DNA of 64,000 bases from Eledone cirrhosa (GCA_964016885.1 CAXHJY010000528.1:6236-70235), one strand, 5' to 3'; counted from the stretch's first letter, positions 38,526-54,880 are shown. Notes: generated from the letters alone by a model not told the origin. Numbers and translations: made by a program.

Positions 38526-39593
38526 ATATTTATAGATATATGGGTGAGTGTGTATGTATGAATATATATTTTTATATATATATTTATTATATATATATAA
38601 TAAAATATATATAAAAACAATATATATTCATACATACACACTCACATATATGTCTATAAATATATACATGTATATACATATACCCACATTCATATATATA
38701 TATATGTAAATTTGTCTATATATATATGCATATATATGAATGTGGGAATATGTATGCATGTAAACATATTTATGTATGTATATATCTATATACATATGTG
38801 TGTATATAGATGTGTGTATATAAATGAGTGTGTGGCGATAGGGAACTATGAAGTTTTGTTTATTCTTCGGAATTCGGGTAAAAAGCTACATCAACAAAAT
38901 ACATTGGATGTTGTGTTAGTGTGAGAGGGAAAGAAAGGTAGATAGTGAGAGAGGAAGAGAGGAAGAGAGAGAGAGTGAGAGAGTGAGAGTCTGGTGTAGT
39001 GAGAAGGTTAAATGGTATGAAAAAGAAGGGGAAAGGGCAGAAATAGAATTATAATTGACCGATATAGATAAATGGATAGATAAATGTGTATATATATATA
39101 TATAAATGTGTATATATATATGTATATATATATATATGATAATAATGATGGCTGCGCGTTGCAAATGGTGGTGCATATGAAAAAGTAAGTCCTTAATCAG
39201 TGACCCTCCAACCGTCCCAGGCATTTCATCGCTTTAAGGGCCATATGCCTCAGGTTGGTGCGAACAACGGCTAAAAAAAGTCGTTGGGACACGTAAATAA
39301 AGGGGACGTTAGGGTAACAAACAAAATGGTTTAAGCAACGGAAAGTGAGAAGAAATAGACAAGTCCCAGATCTCTATGAATATAAACTCGGTGAAATCGT
39401 GAACAAGAGACAAAAGACCATCAAACCTGGTTGAAATGTAAGCAAGGAAGGAATTTCGCACAGGTCTAACGGGGGGGGGGGGGGAAGAAGAAGAAGAAGA
39501 AGAAGAAGGGGTCTGGTCTACGAATTCGGTAAACATAAGTTTTGTGGAGTCGCAGACGAAAGAGAGAGAGAGAAAAAATTATATATATATATA

Positions 39594-39660
<67 letters not shown>

Positions 39661-39665
<5 letters not shown>

Positions 39666-40086
39666 GTTATATTTACTTTGTTGGGATACAACAAGCAAAA
39701 TATTTTATAACTGAAATAAAGCACTCAACAAATTATTGGAGTAAATATACAATATATTAACAAATGGAAACTATATTTTATAAACCATATTTATTTCATT
39801 ATACATATTTCAAGGGCCACCAAAGCAGATTATGGTGCGCTTTCATCAGATAAAATATAATATAGATTAGTTTTATAAATAAATATTGACATACTCTGAA
39901 AAAATGCAAACTTTACGGTTCGAAGGTTGCATTTTTTCAGGGTATGTCAATATTTGTTTATAAAACTAATCTATATTATATCTTATCTGATTAAAGTTCA
40001 CCATAACCTGCTTTGGTGGCCCTTGAAATATGTGTAATGAAATAAATATGGTTTTATAAATATAGTTTCCATTTGTTAATATATTG

Positions 40087-40091
<5 letters not shown>
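39661..40091. mobile_element. Fold-back PLE mini-element with hammerhead (39794-39855, minus)
   Basis: ~165-bp arms 39745-39909 / 39927-40091; ~85-nt tail on the left; minus strand TTTTAT-CTGATGA-aagcgCACCA..TGGTGgccctt-GAAA-TATGT-ATA-ATGAAA. Confidence 0.85.
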
Positions 40092-40134
<43 letters not shown>

Positions 40135-40218
40135 TTTGAGTTTATGTCACTGAAATATATATAGCAGTAATAAACGAAGCTAAATTTTAATCATTTGACT
40201 TATATTTAACTTTATTTC

Positions 40219-40299
<81 letters not shown>

Positions 40300-40559
40300 T
40301 ATACACACACATACACAGATTTATGACAGAGAAATAGATAGATAGATGGATAGATAAATGGATAGATAGATAACTACATATACATAGATAGATAGACAGG
40401 TAGATAGATCGATAGATAGATATATAGCTGCATAGAAAAATAAATATATATATTAGATAAATATATATATAGATAGATATAGATTTACGAATAAATAGAT
40501 AGATACATATATATATATATAGAGAGAGAGAGATAGATCATATATATATATATATATAT

Positions 40560-40745
40560 AGTTTTAATATAGATGAGATTCTACAGGACTAGAACCGTTT
40601 CATTCATTAGAAATCATCAGGAATCTGATTAATGAATGAAACAGTTCTAGTCTGTAGAATCTCATCTATATTAAAACTATTATACTCTGCTATGTATTGA
40701 GTACTTTACTTACTGTGGTTACCTCCGATTCAACCCGGAATAACG

Positions 40746-40746
<1 letters not shown>
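40560..40746. mobile_element. Fold-back PLE mini-element (29.8-kb family)
   Basis: Arms 40560-40609 / 40629-40679, 66-nt tail; minus strand CCTGATGATTTCTAATGAATGAAAC; single-arm relatives at 44780-44838 and 54776-54836. Confidence 0.8.
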
Positions 40747-40787
<41 letters not shown>

Positions 40788-41122
40788 TAGAATGCTTGGT
40801 TGTTCGAGGGTTAAACGGAGAGCAGGCTATAATTGGCGAGATAAAATAGAAATGATTCTTTGGCCTTAAGTTAGGCAATGATCCTAGCAAGGCAATTTGA
40901 GATTCGCAAACGAATCAAATAGGTCATAGAGAGGAGAACTTTTGCTATTATTTCTGTTTTATTATTGAACACTAACTACTTCTTACAAGCACACACACGT
41001 GTGTTGTGTGCTTGGTGTGTGTGTATATATATATATACATATACAAAGATATTTCATTATATATGCATATTTGTCGGTGTACATGTGTAGTATAGATCTG
41101 TATGTATATACATATACAAATA

Positions 41123-41211
<89 letters not shown>

Positions 41212-41279
41212 AATATATGCATATTTATCGGTGTGTATGTGTATTATAGATCGGTATGTATATATGTCTATACAAATAC

Positions 41280-41341
<62 letters not shown>

Positions 41342-41476
41342 GATGGGGAGCGCATGCGTGATGTAGCTCTATATAGACATATATATAAACATATATTTAT
41401 ACACAAGCATACATTTATATATATCAAAACACACAGACAGATACACACGCACACAATATACGAATACATATGCGTG

Positions 41477-41546
<70 letters not shown>

Positions 41547-41760
41547 GAAATCGTAAGCAAAGCGCAATAAGCGAGTTAAACATGTAGATATATTACATGA
41601 AACCACAACCACAAAGGCACCAACAACCACAACAGCAACAACAGCAACAACAACAACAACAACAACAAAACGGGATAGAATGAAGGAAAACGAGTGAGAA
41701 GATAAACGGTAACGGATATTTAGGGAAAGTTGAAGAGAGAGAGAGAGAGACGGAGAGAGC

Positions 41761-41807
<47 letters not shown>

Positions 41808-42068
41808 GTGAGAGAGAATGAGGAGAGAGAGGTAGACAGAGAGACAGAAATGAGGAGAGAGAGATAGAGAGAGAGAGGGTAATGAGATAGAGGCCATATT
41901 GCTGTATAGTGCACTGTCACACAAAATGGCGGAAAGTATGTGAAGCACGGAAAACAACACTAAAAGGTTAGCATACCTTAAATGAAATAGAAAAAATATA
42001 CACGCACATTATATATATATATATATATATATTTATACATATATATATAATACATGTGCACTTGCATG

Positions 42069-42102
<34 letters not shown>

Positions 42103-42261
42103 AATATCTCTATATATATATATATACACATACATAGAAACACACACAAAGAGACTATCACACAAATACTCTTACATACGCATACAGAGATAGGCAAAGC
42201 ACAACAACACTCATTAAATGTACCACAGGCTCACGCAAAAATGTATGACACACACACAAAC

Positions 42262-42294
<33 letters not shown>

Positions 42295-42339
42295 TATTCA
42301 TATATATATATATATATATATATACACAAATATATATTC

Positions 42340-42370
<31 letters not shown>

Positions 42371-42543
42371 TATATTCATATATATATATATACACACATA
42401 TATATTCATATATATATATATTATATATACACACATATATATTCATATATGTATATATATATATATTTATATATTTTTATATATATATATATATTTATAT
42501 ATATATAAATATATACATATATATATAGATTTATATATTTACA

Positions 42544-42608
<65 letters not shown>

Positions 42609-43043
42609 GTGGAAACGCACACAAAAACCCTCCACATAAATACATACACAAACAAGGATACATCCACTCATACACATGCATAAAAACAAAAGTAAATCTA
42701 AGTAAAATGGCGGACGGAAAATTGGGATCTCCGAAAACGAGGTCTAATTATAATTACGAACACGAAACAGACATGAAAAACGTGGCTTGGCAGCCATTTT
42801 CTTTTGCTTTGTATCATTGTCTTGTCATTTATTTTTTTGTGTGTAGAAGCTCTTCTTTAAGTATCGTTTATCATTAATATTGGTATTAGTTTTGTTTGAG
42901 TGTCATTAAGGGGAAGTGAGAGGCAGATACATAGACAGAGGGAGAATGAATATATCCATAGAAGGATAAATAGAGACATGCATACACTCACTCATACACG
43001 TATATATATACACACACATACACATATATATATATGTAGATAG

Positions 43044-43074
<31 letters not shown>

Positions 43075-43209
43075 AATAAATAAATATATATTCCCCTATA
43101 ATTTTTCTTTATATCGCTATATTAAAACTCTTCCCATTTCTCACTCTCTCGCTTTCTTTCTCTCTCCGTCATCCACCCCTACACATATATATCTATCTAT
43201 ATATATATA

Positions 43210-43268
<59 letters not shown>

Positions 43269-43412
43269 AGAGAAAGAGAGAAAGAGAGCGAGAGAGAAAG
43301 ATAGAGAGAGTGGGAGAGAGAGAGATGGGAAGAGTATTAATATCGCGATCTTTAGAAAATTGATCGGGGAACTATCTATATCTCTCTCTCTATATATATC
43401 TGTCACTTTCTC

Positions 43413-43492
<80 letters not shown>

Positions 43493-43586
43493 TATACATA
43501 CATAGGAAAAATAGTTCTAAATAACATACGAATCGTGTCATCTCACAATGGTAATACACGTAGTGAAACAGAGGATTCAATTATAT

Positions 43587-43653
<67 letters not shown>

Positions 43654-43902
43654 TATTAAACAATATTTGTTTTCGCTCTAACATGGGGGGCACCTAAATG
43701 TATATTCGTGGGTGAAAAATAATATATTATAATAATAATATTCTAATATTAACATTATTCGCTCACGAATATATACATACACACATATATATATATATAT
43801 ATAATGTATAATAAACAATACAATATAATTACCTCATTACCAGAGGTTTCCCGAATAAGACGAATACGAAAAAAAACTTCAATACCTATATATATATATA
43901 TA

Positions 43903-44280
43903 TATATTATTCAAAATATTAACAAATGAAAAGTATTCTCATAATCAAAATATATACTTTATTATATATATTTCAAAGTTACTGTGTTGTTTTTTCAGTA
44001 CGTCCTCATCAGGCAAAATATATGATTTGATATATGACAACCGCTACGCTCTTGATTATTCAATTCCAGTATTTGTCTGATGAGGACGTACTGAAAAAAC
44101 AACACAGTACCTTTGAAATATATATAATAAAGTATATATTTTGATTATGAGAATATTTTTCATTCGTTAATATTTTGAATAATATAAAAAACTCCATGAA
44201 AACTTCACTGTTCAGTGCTTCTAATCTATTGTAAAATTGTATTCATTGAGTAATCACCGAACCATACTAATCTTTGGTCA
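43903..44280. mobile_element. Fold-back PLE mini-element with hammerhead (44072-44131, plus)
   Basis: 115-bp arms 43903-44017 / 44072-44186, ~94-nt tail; TTTGT-CTGATGA-ggacGTACTG..CAGTACcttt-GAAA-TATAT-ATA-ATAAA. Confidence 0.85.
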
Positions 44281-44282
44281 TA

Positions 44283-44318
<36 letters not shown>

Positions 44319-44516
44319 TCCCGGGTTTAATGAGGTACTCAATACATTTGTAGATACTAATCAATAAATTTAATATAGAAATGGCTTCTACATGACTACA
44401 ACTGTGTGGTGGTGGTTGTGTGTGTGTATGTGTGTATGTGTGTGTATGTGTGTGTATGTGTGTGTGTATGTGTGTGTGTGTGTGTGTGTATGTGTGTGTG
44501 TGTGTGTGTGAGTGTG

Positions 44517-44577
<61 letters not shown>

Positions 44578-44908
44578 GTGTATGTAGACAGAACAATGAA
44601 AATACAGAAGTCAGGTTCAGGTAGATAGTTCATTGTTTTACGATCGTTTCAGAGTGTCGATTGATCGAATGAGATCCATGTACCGAATAGCATGGTATAG
44701 TTTCAGGTTCTACCCTATTTCTAGGCCCGGGGTCCTTGTTCAATCCCTGTTGGATATATATATATATATACATATATATTCCTGATGATTTCTCCCGAAT
44801 GAAACAGTTCTAGTCATGCAGAAGCCATTTCTATAATATATATATATACATATATATATATATAATACATTGTAAATGATAATCAGAGTGTACTTAAAGC
44901 ATTTAATC

Positions 44909-44950
44909 GCTTACGATCGTTTCATCCTAGCACAAGGGCATCATCGGAGT
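44909..44950 (-). ncRNA. Minimal hammerhead motif, one core substitution
   Basis: Minus strand ACT-CCGATGA-tgCCCTtgtgctAGGAt-GAAAC-GATC-GTA-AGC. Confidence 0.55.
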
Positions 44951-45482
44951 ATTTCGTGTCTGTAGTATACTTATTATACATTGAGCTATTTCCATATATG
45001 TAACTGGGTAATATTTATTATTACCCACATATATATTTATATTATTATTATTTATTATTACCCACATATATATTTATATATAGCTGCAATTATATATATA
45101 TATATATATATATTCTCTTTTACCTCTCCCAGCAAACCCACTGATGTCATCTATATATATATATAAGTATATATATTTCTTTAAATACACGCAGGTATAT
45201 ACATACATTTGTATATATATATATACGTATATGTGTATGTGTGTTTGTATGCATACGCGTGCGTATGTATAAGTGTGATGTATTGAATATATTTCCATAT
45301 TTGGTAATTATGGGTTAACAATTTCTTCGACGTTGAATTTAACTGAACAGAAAGCAATGACAGAAAGCATGGCAGCAATTGTTAAAATGTATATATATAC
45401 ATATATATACACACACATACACACACACACACATACACACGCATATATATATATATATATACACATACATATATGTGTGTGT

Positions 45483-45526
<44 letters not shown>

Positions 45527-45540
45527 GCACACACCACATC

Positions 45541-45630
<90 letters not shown>

Positions 45631-45741
45631 CATACATATATGTGTGTGTGTTTATATATATATATATATATACTTGCACACACATATATATATATACATG
45701 CACACACACATCTATGTATATATATACAGATATATATATAT

Positions 45742-45791
<50 letters not shown>

Positions 45792-45867
45792 CATATATGT
45801 GTGTGTTTATATATATATATATACTTGCACACATATATATATACATGCACACACACATCTATGTATA

Positions 45868-45914
<47 letters not shown>

Positions 45915-46006
45915 TATATACCCTTATACGCACGTGTGTGTGAGATGTGTGTAATGTATAGTACACACACACACATACACAGAAACACACATACATAATA
46001 TACACA

Positions 46007-46044
<38 letters not shown>

Positions 46045-46395
46045 AACACACATATATATATTTGCAGTTGTGTGTCGGTGACAATACCTTCCTTGATTCT
46101 ATGACACATAACACATTACAGCTAGCTATCTGCTCTTCCACTTGCAGTTCTGTACACCCAACAATACTGCTTGTGACATGTAAATATATATGTACTAAAC
46201 ATGTATGCATCATCTTCACTGAATATGTTTCTAATTACGTTACCACTTGCTGTGCTATGGAAGCCTGTATTATTAACAACGAGTTGCTCTTCAGTATATA
46301 CTGTACATTCATACCTTTCGTACATTGTATGTACTTTAAATCGAGAGATCTATTGTAACATCTCTCTAACTACACATTCACACACATACACACAC

Positions 46396-46441
<46 letters not shown>

Positions 46442-46764
46442 CGTATATATATATACATGTACACACATATATACACATATATTCACATATATACATACAT
46501 ATATATACACATATATACATACATATATACACATATATACATACATATATACACATATATACATACATATATACACATATATACACATATATACATACAT
46601 ATACATACATATATACACATATATATACATACATACACATATATACATACATACATACACATATATACATACATACACACACATATACATACATACAATC
46701 ACACATATACATACATACACACATACATACATACACGCACGCACACACATATATATATATAAAT

Positions 46765-47327
46765 ATATTTAATGTATAACAAACAATACACTATAATTAG
46801 CTCATTACCAGAGGTTTCCCAAATAAGACGAATACAAGACACGTCCGCATTCGTTCATCAGACAAGGCAATTTAAAACAGTGAAATATTTGAAAAATCTC
46901 CTCGAGAAAGGCAAAAGTTTAACGGGCAAAAAAAATAAGAGATGTATAAAAAATATAAATAAAGAAATACAGTAAGTGGATGTGTATAAATGTGTGTATA
47001 TACACTTACAATTATACATGTCTGTGTATCTACAAATGCATGTGTATAGTGAATAAAATGTGTGCGTAAGTACATACATGAGGGCAAACATATTAGGGGA
47101 CATTTTTGCCTTTCTTGAGGAGATTTTTCAAATATTTCACTGTGTTTTAAATTGCCTAGTCTGATGAACGAATGCGGACGTGTCTTGTATTCGTCTTATT
47201 CAGGAAACCTCTGGTAATGAGGTAATTATAGTGTATTGTTTATTATACATTAAATATTTAGCTCTGTAACTTACATAGAGCACTCTTCATTCCTCTGACT
47301 TTTTCAATTTTCAACGGAAACTTCAAT

Positions 47328-47332
<5 letters not shown>
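46765..47332. mobile_element. Fold-back PLE mini-element with hammerhead-like motif (47155-47222)
   Basis: ~150-bp arms 46765-46917 / 47103-47257, 185-bp spacer, ~72-nt tail; CTGATGA(47161)-ACGAATGCGGAC/GTCTTGTATTCGT..GAAACC-tct-GGTA; collapsed relative at 43802-43887. Confidence 0.8.
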
Positions 47333-47391
<59 letters not shown>

Positions 47392-47395
<4 letters not shown>

Positions 47396-47599
47396 AACGA
47401 GTAGGACCCCGACGGCTGAGCTCAAGCCGTTTCGACGGCTAATTCTGGACGCTAGAGTCTGGAGTCCAGAATTAGCCGTCGAAACGGCTTGAGCTCAGCC
47501 GTCGGGGTCCTCCTCGTTCCTATTACCCACTCTACTACCCTAAGTATTGAGTACTTTGGTGCGTTATGGTCCACCTGGTTCCTTACCACATTTCCTTCG

Positions 47600-47601
<2 letters not shown>
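47392..47601. mobile_element. Fold-back PLE mini-element, GC-rich family
   Basis: 59-bp arms 47392-47450 / 47464-47522, 79-nt tail; hammerhead 3' half GAAACGGCT-TGAGCTC-AGCCGTC-GGGGTCC; relatives at 7984-8045, 28755-28920 and 60401-60458. Confidence 0.85.
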
Positions 47602-47651
<50 letters not shown>

Positions 47652-47740
47652 ATTTATATATACACTCATATTTATAATGAATAGAAAAATTACAGGGGCA
47701 ATCATTCGTCATCATTCGTTTACTCTCGTCTCTCTGTCTG

Positions 47741-47801
<61 letters not shown>

Positions 47802-47944
47802 ATATTTAGTGAGAAGTGTCTAGTTAAAATTATGTTAGATTATACAATCATTTCACAATTATGGAAAGGAGAATGTTCCGTCATTCAGAGAGTAAATTAG
47901 TTTAGAACACGTTAAATCTCGTAAATACACGGACATATACACCT

Positions 47945-48215
47945 CATCCCGATGAGTGCCTGACGAGACTTGGATTTCGCTTTGACTTGAGAAACTAAAC
48001 ACCTTCCTGCCTGGTTTTGTGTGAAGGTTGACACCTTCAGTTGACTTTCTAAATTTATGTTTTAGTATGACTGCGAAAACGATGCCAAACAGTTTATGTG
48101 TTAGCATCCAACCCTGAACCCTGCTTCACACCACTGCATATGGTAAATCGCTGCAAAGACGAGCCAACAAATTGAACGACACCTTTCATATCTGCCACGC
48201 GTCTTTATGCAAATT
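47945..48215 (-). pseudogene. Degenerate RTE-clade reverse transcriptase fragment
   Basis: DMKGVVQFVGSSLQRFTICSGVKQG, then shifted frame LFGIVFAVILKH..STEGVNLHT; RTE/BovB-like RT segment. Confidence 0.75.
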
Positions 48216-48285
48216 TGTAGCCACTACTGTTCTCTTACAGCTTTCGTAAAATCTGAAATATTTATGTCCGGAGTTTACATCGTTC

Positions 48286-48780
48286 AGGCGGCGAATTGGC
48301 GTTGGAGAGAATGCTTTGTAGAAGACATTTCAGCTCTCTGCTCCCTGAGTTCAAATCCCGTCGAGGTCAGCTTTGCATTTTATCCATTCAAATCGATAAA
48401 AAAAGTACCAGTTAAGTACTTAGGTCGATGCATCCTCTATATCTCTTTCTTACTTCTTCACTTCCACGCTCTGTATCCTTCCCTGGAAGAAATCTGCTGT
48501 ATTCAGATATGGAGAGGAGAAGGGCTACAAGTTAAAAGAAAAATGAACTAGAAACGCCGTAAGTCAATATGGCACACATACAACTTCCTCATGAGTTACG
48601 GTTCCTTACCACACCACACTATACTATACATACCATACCATACATACCATACATACCATCCATACATACCATACATACCATACATACTATACCATACATA
48701 CCATACCATACATATCATACCATACATACCATACATACATATCATACCATACATACCATACCATACATACCGTACCATTC
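48286..48780 (+). mobile_element. Family D SINE with expanded (TACCA/CATAC)n tail (48607-48780)
   Basis: GGCGGCGAATTGG head, GAGTTCAAATCCC B-box; long 3' region matches 55756-56066 inverted (CTCATGAGTTACGG). Confidence 0.75.
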
Positions 48781-49071
48781 AGTCGGATTCCTAGTCGTAA
48801 CGGTGCCCATATTTTGGTGGGGAGGAAATATATTCAGTATTAGATCATCCTGCCTGTATGAGCGTTTCAGAAATCGGGAAGTTAGTATCTGCAGAATAAT
48901 GTTTATCGTAAATGTTTCCTTTAAGGTCGAGCGACCTTGGACAGACTTTCTCAGTACAGCGAAATATATATTACATCATGGCTCTGTAATATATATATGG
49001 CTATATTCAATATATTATACAATTCAGTTTAATATAGTAATATATATGGGAGAATTTCCAAGTTTCAATTA

Positions 49072-49128
<57 letters not shown>

Positions 49129-49161
49129 ATATATATATATATATATGTGTATATATATATA

Positions 49162-49301
<140 letters not shown>

Positions 49302-49324
49302 AATATATATATATAGATAAATAT

Positions 49325-49383
<59 letters not shown>

Positions 49384-50198
49384 TATATATATAGATATAT
49401 ATATATATATATATAAATATATATATATATTTCGTTTCTGAATTTGTTTAGCAAGATTCTTTATCTGAAATCGTGTGTTGAAACCGATATTGTTATACTT
49501 TGGGAGGGTCATGTTGCCAATAAGAAACACACGCACCAGTTGCTTTCACTTCAATTTAATTTAATATATATTTATAAATTTACAAATTTATAAATTTCTG
49601 GTTGGTTGGTTGGTTCCACAACCAGATAGTTGTTTATATATATATAGTCATAGTTCTTTCGTCACACACTCTGTGACCTCTTCAGTGACTGGGGATTTCT
49701 TTCTTCGTTTCTGTGCCTTTCCTTTCTTCTATCCTACGCCATTTTGTTTGTGTGTGGGTTGCGTGCTCAGTTTGCGCATGCGCCACATCCGGGTGTCTGT
49801 GTGTGTTTGTGTTCATTTTTCTATTTTTCTATTTATATTTGTTTGTTTATTTATTTATTTATTGTTGGTTGGTTGTTTGTTCTATGTGTGTGTGTGTTTT
49901 CATTTTGTCTTGTGTGTGTTTTCATTTTGTGTGTGTTTTCAATTGTAAGTTGTTTGTTCTATGTGTGTGTGTGTTTTCATTTTGTCCTTAATTGTAAGTT
50001 GTGATGTTGCTGTTCCACTCATATTTTCTATTTAATTTTGGTTTTAATTCTTTTATGCTTACTGCCTCTGTAATTTGCCTAAACATTGCGTCTTTCTTGT
50101 GTGTGGATTCTATTTTTATTTCTATGCTCTCTAATTTACCCCTGTGTTCTATCTTAGCATGTTGGTAGAGCACAGATGATTCTTTACTATCTTGGAGG

Positions 50199-52720
50199 AA
50201 AGAGACAGGAGTAATTATGAGAGACATAGAAACAACCATGAAGCTGAGGCTGCTGCTGTTGGTGGAAATAGAAACAACACAACTAACAATAGCACTAGTA
50301 CACATAAAGCAGCAGCCTGGAACTCTCCGTTTTATAACCCCTCCGATAAATCATTCGACCTACGACGAGTCCACGCCACGACATTGCCATTTAACAAACG
50401 CACGCAGTTGCCGTCGCAGGTCGATGAACAAACAGAAGCACAATTTAGTATAGCTAAATCCGAACTTAGAAATATTATAGAACAGTATAGCAAGAAGCAT
50501 AATAGAATAGAGGCCCAGCAACTGGGAGAAGAATCTGCAAATGGCTTGCGTAAGCTCATGCAGCGCTCGCGTAATGGAGAGATAGCATGCTTTCCAACAG
50601 ACAAGTCTGGCAGAATGTCGGTTGACAGCCTGCCAAACTACATCCAGGCAATGCAACCCCACATCACTAACACAAGAGAGGTAACACCACAGGAGCATGA
50701 GGATAGAGAAAAAACCCTCAATGCCCATATGGTGATGTGGACAAATATAATGCAGCCCAACAAAAGGACTGCCAACAACTTCCAGGCCTGGAACAATGAC
50801 GTGCCGGCGTTGTATGGGCTTCGAAAAGACCATAAAACGGGCTGGGACCCTGTAGCGGGACCACCAACACGGCCAGTCTGTGGGGCTAACATTGCTAGTA
50901 ACTACAGACTGTCCTACTTCCTCTCCCTGATCATACGCCCCATCATTGAGATGTCCCCAGATGTGTGTGACAGCACGGAGGACCTCCTCAGCAGAATCGG
51001 CGCGGGTAACCGATCTGGGGACCTAACAAACTGCATAATAGGCAGTATGGATGTTGTGTCCCTGTATCCATCTATTGACGTGGATTTTGCTGTGGAGAAA
51101 TGCGTCGAAATGATCAGCGAGAGCAAGGTTGAGTTCCGTGGGATTGATACCAGTGAGCTGGGACTTCTACTTAAGCTTACCCATAGTAATAGTTACCTAG
51201 ACACTTATGACCTTAGCAACCTGTGCCCTACAAGACCAGCAAGAGGCAGACCACCTACCATTACCTCAATGGCCAAGAAAACCCACACAGATAGATGGAA
51301 CGGGTGGACCAGAGCCATACGGACACCCGAAAACCACGATGAACTGAAGAAAATGATTGCACATGCGGTAGGGGCCAGCATAAAATTAACCCTTAAGGAA
51401 CATATGTTCAAATTTAATGGTAAAACATATGCCCAAGAGGAAGGAGCAGCCATTGGTGTTAGCATTGCAGGCGACATAGCTAACTTGTTCATGGTATGGT
51501 GGGACAGTAGACTTAAACAAAAACTTAAAGAACAATTAGAAGACAGCTTAACCCTGATAATGTACTCCCGCTACGTAGATGATATAAACATCGTAGTTAA
51601 GACACCCCCACTAAAGAACAGTCAGGAACCAGAGAAAAAACACAATGGAAAGCATCCAGCAAATAGCAAACTCCATCCACCAGAGCATTAGAGTTACTAT
51701 AGACTACCCCAAGTAGACACCCCGACCATCGATTACCTGTACTAGACACAGAGCTCTGGTTAGATACTATTAACAACCAAAAACAAATCCTCCATTCCAT
51801 TATGCCAAACCCATGACTTCCAACATCTGATCCACCGAAACTCGGCCATTTCGGACCATACCAAAATCAACATACTGATTGCGGATTTGATACGGGTGAT
51901 GAGAATGTGTCCCGCATGTGCAACCCCGAAGAACTAGAGAGACACATACAACACTTCATCCACCGTATGCAGTTCTCTGGCTACAATCAGAGAGATAGAA
52001 TCAGAGTGTATAAAGGAGCCAGAACCAAATGGGAAAAAATGGTAAATAATGACATAAATGGGACCTGCCCCTTGTATAGGAGCAAATTTTGGAATAGAAT
52101 AGAAAGAACTAAGAAACAAGGCCAATAGAATAAACTCATGGTATGATAGCAATAATACCAGAGTGTAATGTTCATCAATACAACCCCTAGAGGGGCAACT
52201 AGCCCTACAAATTTAGAAGGGCCCTAAAGAAACATAATCTCAATATTAAGATAGTAGAAAGACCTGGTACCTCCGTAAAACACTTATTAGCAAGACATAC
52301 CCGTTCCAAAGACCCTCCATGTATAGATAAGAAATGTATAACCTGTAAAATAAGCCCCCATATTAACTGTAAAACTAGAAATGTAGTATATAGCATAAGA
52401 TGTACTGAAGGGACAATGTAGAAACAAAAATATAGTGTACATAGGTGAGACAGCTCGTAGTATAGGGGAACGAATAATTGAACACTGGCGAGGACCTCCA
52501 AGATAGTAAAGAATCATCTGTGCTCTACAACATGCTAAGATAGAACACAGGGGTAAATTAGAGAGCATAGAAATAAAAATAGAATCCACACACAAGAAAG
52601 ACGCAATGTTTAGGCAAATTACAGAGGCAGTAAGCATAAAAGAATTAAAACCAAAATTAAATAGAAAATATGAGTGGAACAGCAACATCACAACTTACAA
52701 TTAAGGACAAAATGAAAACA
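50199..52720 (+). pseudogene. PLE polyprotein (RT + C-terminal GIY-YIG endonuclease), 5'-truncated with several frameshifts
   Basis: PTDKSG, LYGLRKDHK..GPPTRPVCGA, GSMDVVSLYPSID, GAAIG..ANLFMVWWD, YSRYVDDIN; later frames LPVLD, RMQFSGY, KIVERPG, Cys cluster, NVVYSIRC..VYIGETARSIGERIIEH..RQITEAVSI..LNRKYEW. End coordinate approximate. Confidence 0.92.
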
Positions 52721-52995
52721 CCACACACATAGAACAAACAACTTACAATTGAAACACACACAAAATGAAAACACACACAAGACAAATGAAAACACACACA
52801 CATAGAACAAACAACCAACCAACAATAAATAAATAAATAAACAAACAATATAAATAGAAAAATAGAAAAATGAACACAACCACACACAGACACCCGGATG
52901 TGGCGCATGCGCAAACTGAGCACGCAACCCACACACAAACAAAATGGCGTAGGATAGAAGAAAGGAAAGGCACAGAAACGAAGAAAGAAATCCCC

Positions 52996-53040
52996 AGTCA
53001 CTGAAGAGGTCACAGAGTGTGTGACGAAAGAACTATGACT
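52996..53040 (+). ncRNA. Hammerhead ribozyme motif in the PLE pseudo-LTR (mirror copy ~49646-49690, minus)
   Basis: AGTCA-CTGAAGA-G-GTCACA-gagtg-TGTGAC-GAAA-GAA-CTA-TGACT: perfect 5-bp stem I, 6-bp stem II, minimal stem III. Confidence 0.82.
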
Positions 53041-53199
53041 ATATATATATAAACAACTATCTGGTTGTGGAACCAACCAACCAACCAGAAATTTATAAAT
53101 TTGTAAATTTTATAAATATATATTAAATTAAATTGAAGTGAAAGCAACTGGTGCGTGTGTTTCTTATTGGCAACATGACCCTCCAAAGTATAACAATAT

Positions 53200-54780
<1,581 letters not shown>

Positions 54781-54837
54781 TGAGATTCTACAGGACTAGA
54801 ACTGTTTCATTCATTAGAAATCATCAGGAATCCCTGA

Positions 54838-54880
<43 letters not shown>

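Larger units (their letters stand above)
49431..53199. mobile_element. Penelope-like retroelement (probably Naiad-like) with ~710-bp inverted termini, inserted in (TA)n
   Basis: 49487-50198 is the reverse complement of 52495-53199; an extra 56-nt tail (49431-49486) is present only on the left; internal RT and GIY-YIG; long TA-rich tracts on both sides. Confidence 0.93.

Noticed and set aside
52315-52500. Selenocysteine (in-frame TGA) in the PLE Cys-rich linker, as reported for some Naiad elements
   Set aside because: The Cys positions are TGT codons; the breaks here are frameshifts, not TGA read-through.
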